Shown: piece by piece, positions 55,001 through 62,567 of the stretch
How positions within the stretch are numbered: the stretch's first letter is position 1
Layout of the letters: each line of letters starts with the position of its first letter
Origin: a virus
Taxonomy: Duplodnaviria > Caudoviricetes
Reading direction: 5' to 3' (one strand)
DNA: 64,000 bases
IMG/VR virus record: IMGVR_UViG_2565956520_000001
Made by a program: the position numbers and the translations under genes
Notes under the pieces: model-generated
Database searches by the model: none
Seen by the model: the letters and a program-made list of their open reading frames with translations, nothing else
What the model was told of the DNA's origin: nothing

Positions 55001-58000
55001 TTGCAGATCTCCCAACCTTGCGGAGCATCTGCACATAATCGCTGTCACCAAGAAGCCCACGCAATCCGTGATGCGCTCCTTGTTCATGCATCCAGAGTTC
55101 CACGGCCCGTTTGCGTGAAGAAATGTTCTCCGCAACCATCCAGACCTTTCCGGTCTTAGGATCATTGCAGGCTTCACAATAGCCGCCACCCTGCGCATTA
55201 AATGCCTTACGGATATGTTCAGGAAGATCTTCGAAAAGACTAACCACTTCCAAAGGCAGCGCGTTTTCAGCTCGTGCCTGAAGTTCCTGCACAGCTCCGC
55301 GCACGGATCTAACAGAAGTAGGATTACGAATAGTGGATGTCTTGGAGAAATGGATTGGATTATCAGAATCTGAGGATTGACGTTTAGACGCTTTGACGTC
55401 TTGACGTCCTGACGTTGTGCCGCTTTGACGGTCGGACGGCTTGCCGCTTTGTTGGCTTGCATACTCTGCGAGTACGGAAACAAGGGAATCACGGACTTTT
55501 TGAATATCTCTAAAATAACGGCTCGACTGATCATGTTTACCAAACACAGCCAGAACCTTATCAATCATGCGGCGTATTTTACGAGCTACACGGCGAAAAA
55601 GAGTAGGGTTTGCAGCTTCCAGTTCATGCCAGAAATCAGGGTCCATGAACTGTTCACCGGATAAATTGCCAAGCAGCTCTTCATTAGCTTGCCCTGAAGA
55701 CAACCCCTTTCCACCCGCTTTTCTAGTCGTGGCGTCAATATCTTTATGAAACCCACGCCAAGCTTCACCTTTGCGCTGAGACTGAGCAACCATAAGATAT
55801 TTATTGTAAAGAGCCGGGGCATCACGCTTTAAAAAATGGATTATTTCGTGACCAAGAAGGAAAAGATGGGGTTCATTGGCATCTGGGCGCATAAAGACAA
55901 CGCCCTGTTTTAGATCCGCATGAGCATCACCTGGGAGAATAGGTAGATCAGAAGCTACATAAGTAATTTCCTTACCGAACAAACCAGCAAGCTTGTCCAA
56001 CAAAGCAAAATCACCAGTTCTTACTCCTGACTCACTCTTTACTGATGCTGCTGGCAGGCTTCCTGTTTCAGTCTCTCGCTTTCTTCCGCCCCTAGAATCT
56101 GTTCCGGACGGAATTCCTTGCGTTTCTGTGAACTGACTTTCAGCCTCTCGAGTCTGGCTGCCTCCTGCTCTGCTACTTCCTCTGGATCTGGAAACGGAAA
56201 CATGCAAGTCAACCGGGTCGACTTCGAAGATGGATCCATCTGCGAATTCGAGTCCGTATTCCCTGCGGATTTTTTCCGCGTAAATATCTGTTCGTCTTGT
56301 TCTTCGTGGGTTTTCATAACTACTCCGCTTAACGAGATCAATATCACCAAGTGAAGCCGGAAGTCTATCCAGTTCTTGAGCTATACTTTCAAGCGGATTT
56401 TCACCCTGATAGAAAGCCCAGCCCTTTTCGGTTCTGTTCCATTTGGCTCCGGCATCCTTCAGAACTTTTTTGTTAGCATACGTCTCGCCAGTGACTACCC
56501 AGAAACCACCTTTTGAATTCGTAATTCTTTCCAGTTCAAGACCGGCATCATTAAATATAGTCTCGCTATCAACTGTCTTAACGAATCTTTCTGGAGCTGT
56601 TACGTCCTGAATCCGCTCAAATAGTTCTTCAACTTTGCCAGCGTTAAAATCAATTCTTGATTTGGTCTGTAAATTCTCAGCACCTTCGCTAACCTTATCA
56701 ATTATGACGATTCTGGTTTTAACTTTAGTACCGGCACGACCGAAAGTCTCAGGAGGTAAACCGAATTCGGCAACCTTATGCGCGTGCTCTGCTTCCTCAG
56801 ATTCATACCACTTATCAAACTTGCGATCTGCCGCCGGACCTTCAGGGAGAATACAAACAACTCGGCCACCCTCACGTAAATGAATGAATGCTTTGGCAAG
56901 ATGATCAACCGCCATTTTGCCACCGCTACCAAACGGCGGATTCATGGCGATCCCGTCAAACTTATTTACGGCCGCAAGAGTTTCAAACTGATCATTGATT
57001 TTGCGCCCGTCACAAATAACAGACATCTTGGAAAACAATTCGTCAGAAGGTTCAACTACCGTTATCTCAGCTGATTCAGGAAAGTACCTGGCAATAGCGC
57101 CATGTCCGGCTGAAGGCTCCAGAACAGATTGCCCAGGCAACAGATTTAACCATTCAGCCATCTTAAAACCTAGCGGTTCAGGAGTAGCGAAATAGTCCGC
57201 GCCTTCTCTGGCCTTGTTGCGTGAGGTCCGCTTTTGCTGGGAATAGTAATGGGTTTTAGCCTGATCGAATGGAGAAGACTTGCCGCTAAATGAATCTGAC
57301 TCTTTGCCTCCCTGCCCTTGTTTCATGCTGGGAGAGCTTGAAGATGAATCAAGATATCCTTCACGAAAAGCAGTACGCAGATCACGGGCAAGATCACCCA
57401 TTGCAAGATTCTCAGCTGCTCCGGCACGTTCAGAAATTTTCTGCCCAAACGCTCTGGACTCAAAAGAAAGCCCAGTCTTCAGATACTCAATAACTGCGTC
57501 TGACTTTAGGCCGAGGCGATATATCCGTCCTTCAGTTTGAATTGCATCAGTGGGCTTTGTGGGCAGGTAAAGCGAAACTAGAGCGCGCTGTTTCTCACCA
57601 GCTTTATCATGCAGTGAAATTCCTTCCTTCCCTGCATCCTTCTGAACAACAATGACATCAACACCGCTCCGATCGTCATTGAAATCATTAACAGCTTTAA
57701 TTCGATCCCTCTTAGACTCTTTACCGGAAAAGAATGCAGCCTTATCAGTGAAAGCCTTGTTCATTTCATCGCGCACATTCAAAAGACCACGCAGATCCAT
57801 CCGTGAATATGCCGGATTGCTTGCAGCCCAAGCATCAAACTGCTTCATAATTTTGGGATCACCACTTGCAAACCTTGCAAATCGTGCTCGATTAAATGGA
57901 TGATCCGGAAGACCTTTATTTCTAGAATGGAAAACAACAACCTTTCGGCCAATATCCAGATGCTGTTGAACCCTCTCAACCGCATTCTTGGCTTTCAATG

Positions 58001-61000
58001 CCTCCAGCAAACTCATGGTGTAATGGTAGTCAAAAGCCTTATGTACTATTCCAGATAAGGCTGGATATTTTTTATGATCCCACATGGATTCGATCCCGGA
58101 CTGAATCCTTTGCCCCAGCTCAGCCGGAACATCTACGAACTGCCGTGAATAATCTTTATCTAGATTCAAACTCCGACCGGAAAGCGCACCTTTCTTTTTC
58201 AACCACTCATTGAACGCCCTTTCCATCAATGCGGAATCAACACCGGCTTCAGGAGTCGTAAGTTTATTGTAGCGCATTCTGTAGCCGAACTTGCTCATCA
58301 TAAACTGATCCCAGTTCGATCCACTGTTATATGAACTGTTGGTGTCGCCACCTTTACCCATATCGCTATCAAACAAAAAACCGTCCGCATAACGAATCGT
58401 TTTATCGTAGGCAAAAGGAGAAGCAGAAAGGAATACAACCTTGGTATTCATGATGCGGGCTACTTTGTCATCGATGCGCTTCAGCAGTGCTTCAGATAGA
58501 TATTTGTCGGGGATGTTCCAAGGAGTTTCTTCAAAATTCTCAGTGAGCTTAAAATCCTTTAGCTTTTTGGCTTCCTTCAGCATGTCACTTTGAAAGACTT
58601 TTCTAGCACTGATATCAGGACGATTTGGTCCAGCCAGCCTGTGCATCATATTCAAAGCATGGGTATCATTACCCTGAGCATTTTCGCAAAGTTTGTGGGA
58701 TTCATCGAATACGAGAAGATCAAAGTCACGAGCAAACAAGGCTTCGTTCTGCCCAAAATTAGCATAGCTTGTGACAATAATGCCTTCACCAGAATCTTTA
58801 AGACCTTCAAGCTGGGTAATATCAAGGTGAAGATTTTGACCGTCTTCAATCCAATCCTGAGCTTTTTTATCGGTCGGAACAACTACGGCTATATTTGTCT
58901 TACCCTGCCGGACAAAACGCTTCATAACACCGAGTCCGGTGTACGTTTTTCCCGTACCAGTCCCGTTGGTGAAAATGATTCCACGGTTTGTATCATCTTT
59001 AGTATTGGAAAAACGTGCTTCAGCTTTGGCAACGTCTTCCTGTTGCTCCGAAAAGAGAACGGGAAGAGTTTCGCGAATATTGCTTAGATCTTCAGTGCGA
59101 ACCTGAGTGGAGGAATCCGCTTCTTGTTGAAGACGGACTTTATCGGCTAACGGTAAATGTTGATCTGTAGATGTTTTTCGAAGGGCATCGCCCACACTTC
59201 CAGAGAGTTCGCTGGATAATCCGGACTTAGATCCCTGAGCTGTTCCTGATGCTCTGGAGTCAGTCGATTTTCCAGCGTCATCAGTTCTATGGATTCTTCC
59301 AGGCTCAACAGTTCCGGAAGCGCGTTCCGCAGTTCCATCCGGCCGCTCTGTTCCAGATATGCTGTTATCGCTTCCCGTTCCAGTAGAAGAGGTAGAACCT
59401 GAGTGTAGGAGGTTATCGTCTTGCTCAAGTAACCCTGTTTCTCCATATCGTTCTCCATTTCCTGAATCACTAGATCCGCCAGTTCCGGACTCGCCGGAAA
59501 CAGTCCCTTCGCCCAGTTGGTTCTGAGTTTTTGAGTCTGAGCTATCTGATTCCAAATGGCTTGAGGTACTTGATACATCTTTAATAATCTCCTTCTTGTC
59601 ATTTATACTCTCAATAAAAGCCTTGTCAAAACTTTCTTCCGGCTTCGGAATAGACACACCGGGAAGTAGCCCCTGACCGCCATCCGTCATACTTGCAAAT
59701 TTTGCATATTCTTCACAAAAAAACTGGAACTTCTGTGCTTTTACACCTTCCCATTGTCTTGCTCCCAACGCATCAGCAAGAACTCTTGTCTTCTTATCAT
59801 TTAAGCCGGGAACAGTTTCAATAAGTTGTCCCTGATTAAGAAACTGCTTAACCGAAATAGATTCACTTCTGGCTTTTCCGGCAATCCTTAAAGCATCTTG
59901 AATAGGGGAATTAAGACTCCAACCTTCCCCTCTACTATTTGCCTGAATAAGGGCAGGTAAAGCTCTATCCAACTTAGCTAAAGCAGATGGAGGAGCCATA
60001 TCAAGAACATCATAGTTATCAACCACAACACCACGCAAGGTAGACTCAACAAAATCTTTTCCATCACTGTTTAAAAGTCCGGTTTCTTTGTTGAACAAAC
60101 GTCCATGCTGTGTATCCTCAATTACACCATCATTTTTTAAACTACTGACAAAATCAGTTGATCTTGTTGAATCAAGAAACTGACGCAAAGTATCAAAAGA
60201 ACCGAGTCCACGGCCAAGACTAGCAAGGGAATCTCTGGAGAGCATCCTTCCACGCGAAACAGCTTCAGCTTTTGGATCCAATCCTTGAGTAAAATCCTGA
60301 TTGTAGATTCTGGAGGATCTGGAAAGGTCATTTACTTCATCCTGAAGGACTCTAACCAAAACAGGATTTTTCATTGTTTTGAGCTCTTCAGGCTTAAGGC
60401 CAAACTGTTTAGCCTTTCGTCTTAGCGTATTCTTATACTTAGTAGACTGGCCATTATCCTGGTCATAAGCGAGAGCCAAAGACATAATACGGGAATTACC
60501 GCCAAGCGTAATTCCATCAGAAGTAATAATCGGAGGACCACTTGCAGCTGTAGGATTATCATTTATAAAGTGACGAGGCTTAAGCGGTGAAGCATGTTTT
60601 TTAACCTTTTGCTGCTCAGCTGCATCAGAGTGATAAGGGCGTTCCTGCGCTTCTTTAGGATATGAAGGATGTCTGATAAAATTTTTATGAACGTCATGAG
60701 AAGGCACGACGTCTTCAAGTTCTCGAACTTCATACCTAATTGCATCTTGCCCGTCTGTATGTTCCAGCACAGATTCATTACCTTTTAAGCCTGCCGTCTT
60801 GACGTCAAGACGTTCTGACGGCAAACCGCCTGTAACTTCGTCTTGCAATTCCTGAACAGCAGTATCAAAAACGTCTTCACTTCCCAGCTCCGGCAAAGCA
60901 TCAAGCTCTGACGTCTGGACGTCTGGACGGTTTAACGGCAAAGCGTCTTGCTGCCCTGACGCTTCAATAACCTCCGGACTTTCAAGCTGTTCCAGTTCAC

Positions 61001-62567
61001 GCACGGCAATATCCCATACGTCTTCCAGAGATCCGCCCTGATCTCTGTTAGAACTCACTCCTTCATGCTGCTGAAGATCATAATCAGGCTGAGACACAAC
61101 CTCCGGATCCGCGCCTCTAAATAGATCTTCCCGTTCAAACGGAGTATAAACATCAGGCTCCTGCGAAGGTGACAGCGAACTTGAATCATCAAAAGACGAT
61201 GGCCGCCAGCCATCGCGCATTGCCATTTCACGCTCAATGCGGACCTCAAGCTCCGGTTCAGGCTTGAATCTGTAACGTTCCTGAATGTCACCTTTCAGGC
61301 CAGCCATACCTTGCGGAGTCTCGTGCTCAGAATCAATTAAATCTATCGGTCCGGATTCTTTTAGCGTTTCTTTGCCAAGTATTTTTTCCTGCTTTCCATA
61401 GAACTCACTCATTTTTTGAACAGGAGTACGGGTATCGGGCGCAGCGGCTTTTTCAGGTTGAACAGTTTTATCATCAGCAAGCAGATCAACAGTCATTCCC
61501 TGCTTAACCTGTTCGATGTTGGCTATCATCTTATCATCAGAAACCTTGGTTTCCTCAGACAATCCGGCAGGACCAGACATGACCGAACCGCCTGCGCCTG
61601 TCAGTGCAGCCGGACCAATAACGTTCACACCTTCTTTGGCGGCCTGCTTCACGCGCTCAAAAACACCGGGTTTCATTTCCCCGGTCGTTATATAATGAGC
61701 AAGATCCTTTGAAATAGACTCAGTCGGCTCTTCTGCCCATTCGCTAATTCCTTCGACAGCCCCAGAACTAACATGCTTGGCTGTTTTAGCTGCAACACCT
61801 TGCCCAGCTTTGGAGAACATTTTCCCAAATGAAACTGCATTCAGCCCCGCACTGGCCAAAGACATCATTTCACCAGCACGAGCTGCTTCCTCTTCACTGC
61901 CGCCTTTCTCTAAAACTTCACGGTATGTGCTGGAACCTTCCATAGCACCACCGCCTGCTCCAGCTCCAACAGCCTGCCCGATCCGCGCAAGCCGCTCGAT
62001 AAGTTGCGGGGTTAGACTCATAGCCTTACCACCAATATTAATAAGCTTACCCACTGCCGCACCAGGAATCATGGCCGCGCCAAGTGAAGGCGCAAGATTA
62101 CCAATCTGAGAAGTCCACCAATCGCCCTTGGCTAAAAGTGATGGATCATCCATCACGTTACCTTGTAGACGTTTAGGAGCTGCGTAAGATTCACGCACAG
62201 GCTTATAATAGTCAGCGATCGACTCACCGGCTTCAGCAACAGAATCACTTCCAATGCGGTTACCCAGCCATTGCATACCGCCACCGAACGATTCACCAAG
62301 TCCGGCTTGGCCAGCAGCAACACCGCGCCCCATTTCAACAACAGGAGCGACAAGTGGATCAAACATTCCGAATCCATATCCTGCGTCATCACCAGCTGGG
62401 GAATCTTTTGGAATTAGTTCAGGACCATTCTGATTTGTAGTTTCAAAAGAATAAACCGGACTTCCCTTTTCAGGAGAGTCCGGCATTACATTCTTTCTAT
62501 TTCCTTCTGCTTGCAGTTCACTGACAGCCTGATCGAAAAGTGTATTCATATCCATATTAACCACCAT
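52065..62567 (-). CDS. Large polyvalent protein, 3500 aa (ParB-like, SF2 helicase, N6-adenine methyltransferase, HExxH-type and LPD38-like C-terminal regions)
   Basis: Uninterrupted ORF. GTGTGKT (about 58950), FDESH (about 58700), QTEGRIYR, VLEPSAGHG, NPPF (56931-56942), HEIIH (55836-55850), and a GPP...DG...GGNSR ParB-like motif. The LPD38 assignment is from recall. Confidence 0.85.
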   Translation of the reverse strand: MVVNMDMNTLFDQAVSELQAEGNRKNVMPDSPEKGSPVYSFETTNQNGPELIPKDSPAGDDAGYGFGMFDPLVAPVVEMGRGVAAGQAGLGESFGGGMQWLGNRIGSDSVAEAGESIADYYKPVRESYAAPKRLQGNVMDDPSLLAKGDWWTSQIGNLAPSLGAAMIPGAAVGKLINIGGKAMSLTPQLIERLARIGQAVGAGAGGGAMEGSSTYREVLEKGGSEEEAARAGEMMSLASAGLNAVSFGKMFSKAGQGVAAKTAKHVSSGAVEGISEWAEEPTESISKDLAHYITTGEMKPGVFERVKQAAKEGVNVIGPAALTGAGGSVMSGPAGLSEETKVSDDKMIANIEQVKQGMTVDLLADDKTVQPEKAAAPDTRTPVQKMSEFYGKQEKILGKETLKESGPIDLIDSEHETPQGMAGLKGDIQERYRFKPEPELEVRIEREMAMRDGWRPSSFDDSSSLSPSQEPDVYTPFEREDLFRGADPEVVSQPDYDLQQHEGVSSNRDQGGSLEDVWDIAVRELEQLESPEVIEASGQQDALPLNRPDVQTSELDALPELGSEDVFDTAVQELQDEVTGGLPSERLDVKTAGLKGNESVLEHTDGQDAIRYEVRELEDVVPSHDVHKNFIRHPSYPKEAQERPYHSDAAEQQKVKKHASPLKPRHFINDNPTAASGPPIITSDGITLGGNSRIMSLALAYDQDNGQSTKYKNTLRRKAKQFGLKPEELKTMKNPVLVRVLQDEVNDLSRSSRIYNQDFTQGLDPKAEAVSRGRMLSRDSLASLGRGLGSFDTLRQFLDSTRSTDFVSSLKNDGVIEDTQHGRLFNKETGLLNSDGKDFVESTLRGVVVDNYDVLDMAPPSALAKLDRALPALIQANSRGEGWSLNSPIQDALRIAGKARSESISVKQFLNQGQLIETVPGLNDKKTRVLADALGARQWEGVKAQKFQFFCEEYAKFASMTDGGQGLLPGVSIPKPEESFDKAFIESINDKKEIIKDVSSTSSHLESDSSDSKTQNQLGEGTVSGESGTGGSSDSGNGERYGETGLLEQDDNLLHSGSTSSTGTGSDNSISGTERPDGTAERASGTVEPGRIHRTDDAGKSTDSRASGTAQGSKSGLSSELSGSVGDALRKTSTDQHLPLADKVRLQQEADSSTQVRTEDLSNIRETLPVLFSEQQEDVAKAEARFSNTKDDTNRGIIFTNGTGTGKTYTGLGVMKRFVRQGKTNIAVVVPTDKKAQDWIEDGQNLHLDITQLEGLKDSGEGIIVTSYANFGQNEALFARDFDLLVFDESHKLCENAQGNDTHALNMMHRLAGPNRPDISARKVFQSDMLKEAKKLKDFKLTENFEETPWNIPDKYLSEALLKRIDDKVARIMNTKVVFLSASPFAYDKTIRYADGFLFDSDMGKGGDTNSSYNSGSNWDQFMMSKFGYRMRYNKLTTPEAGVDSALMERAFNEWLKKKGALSGRSLNLDKDYSRQFVDVPAELGQRIQSGIESMWDHKKYPALSGIVHKAFDYHYTMSLLEALKAKNAVERVQQHLDIGRKVVVFHSRNKGLPDHPFNRARFARFASGDPKIMKQFDAWAASNPAYSRMDLRGLLNVRDEMNKAFTDKAAFFSGKESKRDRIKAVNDFNDDRSGVDVIVVQKDAGKEGISLHDKAGEKQRALVSLYLPTKPTDAIQTEGRIYRLGLKSDAVIEYLKTGLSFESRAFGQKISERAGAAENLAMGDLARDLRTAFREGYLDSSSSSPSMKQGQGGKESDSFSGKSSPFDQAKTHYYSQQKRTSRNKAREGADYFATPEPLGFKMAEWLNLLPGQSVLEPSAGHGAIARYFPESAEITVVEPSDELFSKMSVICDGRKINDQFETLAAVNKFDGIAMNPPFGSGGKMAVDHLAKAFIHLREGGRVVCILPEGPAADRKFDKWYESEEAEHAHKVAEFGLPPETFGRAGTKVKTRIVIIDKVSEGAENLQTKSRIDFNAGKVEELFERIQDVTAPERFVKTVDSETIFNDAGLELERITNSKGGFWVVTGETYANKKVLKDAGAKWNRTEKGWAFYQGENPLESIAQELDRLPASLGDIDLVKRSSYENPRRTRRTDIYAEKIRREYGLEFADGSIFEVDPVDLHVSVSRSRGSSRAGGSQTREAESQFTETQGIPSGTDSRGGRKRETETGSLPAASVKSESGVRTGDFALLDKLAGLFGKEITYVASDLPILPGDAHADLKQGVVFMRPDANEPHLFLLGHEIIHFLKRDAPALYNKYLMVAQSQRKGEAWRGFHKDIDATTRKAGGKGLSSGQANEELLGNLSGEQFMDPDFWHELEAANPTLFRRVARKIRRMIDKVLAVFGKHDQSSRYFRDIQKVRDSLVSVLAEYASQQSGKPSDRQSGTTSGRQDVKASKRQSSDSDNPIHFSKTSTIRNPTSVRSVRGAVQELQARAENALPLEVVSLFEDLPEHIRKAFNAQGGGYCEACNDPKTGKVWMVAENISSRKRAVELWMHEQGAHHGLRGLLGDSDYVQMLRKVGRSAKRSKEFKDIALDYDFDLATDSGRDMASHEYLAQLAEKVDQNKVLTQREKGVWRKVVDAVMKWLAKLRIRLPGSLTRREINRIVADAVFWTVQGDGLHSPSPRGGAEAVSYSRSNPVRESAMAKIGQVKEKTTIGERIGRIREFMATEFNQGMFDRFDSLKDLDKAAGVTDMEESAYVAARMSTSHADQIAAVIEHGAPIWREGAMDVEGEGLATIFEPVAHELDRFTGWLVGLRAKKLMAEGRENLFTEEEIDELCKLNSGREAQYEAVQKKYIEFKTKVLDFAQDAGVINAAGRTLWEHDEYIPFYRINETGEEKASVKSPHGSKGIANQYSGIRRLRGGTSNLGDPFENIIRNFSHLIDTSVKNRAMELSMVHAENIGIATNAEFKWEALKLKGQALRSSLVKVFGDEDAVAKMTKAQRDSLQTVFRMVKPDAKDVVSVLRDGKPVYYHIADPLLLRSLTSVNMQSWNNFGMKTARLFKRMLTTGITSTPDFMVRNLVRDTVHGWGVDRTGTFLPVVGSFKGAIKTLSKDEDTIKMMAAGAAFHGGYAFGHDPAAAKLLVEKLVKKHKIDRDSILDTPKKLANFAKLGWMKWQDLGSAFENATRARLYEGVKKKGGSHLEAAYEAKDIMDYSMGGDWLATRFLCETVPFFGARMVGLNRLGRGAYENPSGFMTKGAMVALASVLLYLNNRDREEFKGLEHWDRDNYYHFFVDEKHFRMPKPFEIGAIFGTLPERLTEYSLDGKDGDLLRERLQFMLTQTFSVGTPQIVTPILEQWADKSFFTGRAIVPMRLKRLQPGAQRDHRTSETAALIGEKTGTSPKRIEHLVNGYFGTLGVYVMSMADIVTREMVDAPELPSRRLDDMPLIKSFFRSTPSRHSCHLTELYDMVEQADELYSTVMNYAKTGEADKAKALVKDPDNRKILAKRQPYNQLRRALAQIETAMRQIHRSRKLTPDEKRVRIDGLLEKRNLVVRRVMK
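52413..52436. repeat. Short 8-bp-period array (3 units)
   Basis: gtcgtcta gacgtctg gacggcaa. Confidence 0.45.
55379..55458. repeat. 8-bp-period array (about 10 units) inside the giant gene
   Basis: gacgttta gacgcttt gacgtctt gacgtcct gacgttgt gccgcttt gacggtcg gacggctt gccgcttt gttggctt. Confidence 0.8.
56039..56317 (-). CDS. Possible overprinted 92-aa ORF in the +1 frame of the giant gene
   Basis: GGAG-N5-ATG at 56317; charged helical C-terminal half; overlies a low-complexity linker of the host frame. Confidence 0.35.
   Translation of the reverse strand: MKTHEEQDEQIFTRKKSAGNTDSNSQMDPSSKSTRLTCMFPFPDPEEVAEQEAARLERLKVSSQKRKEFRPEQILGAEESERLKQEACQQHQ
59147..59578 (-). CDS. Overprinted 143-aa gene in the +1 frame of the giant gene
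   Basis: AAGGAG-N10-ATG; protein-like helical sequence MYQVPQAIWNQIAQTQKLRTNWAKGLF...; the host frame over the same span is an S/G/T/D/E low-complexity linker. Confidence 0.7.
   Translation of the reverse strand: MYQVPQAIWNQIAQTQKLRTNWAKGLFPASPELADLVIQEMENDMEKQGYLSKTITSYTQVLPLLLEREAITAYLEQSGRMELRNALPELLSLEESIELMTLENRLTPEHQEQLRDLSPDYPANSLEVWAMPFEKHLQINIYR
60793..60832. repeat. 8-bp-period array (5 units) inside the giant gene
   Basis: gccgtctt gacgtcaa gacgttct gacggcaa accgcctg. Confidence 0.7.
60910..60965. repeat. 8-bp-period array (7 units) inside the giant gene
   Basis: gacgtctg gacgtctg gacggttt aacggcaa agcgtctt gctgccct gacgcttc. Confidence 0.7.

Noticed and set aside
54974-55564. 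196-aa alternative-frame ORF within the giant gene as a third nested gene
   Set aside because: No clear SD, it overlaps structured host domains, and part of it is merely the octamer array read in another frame.
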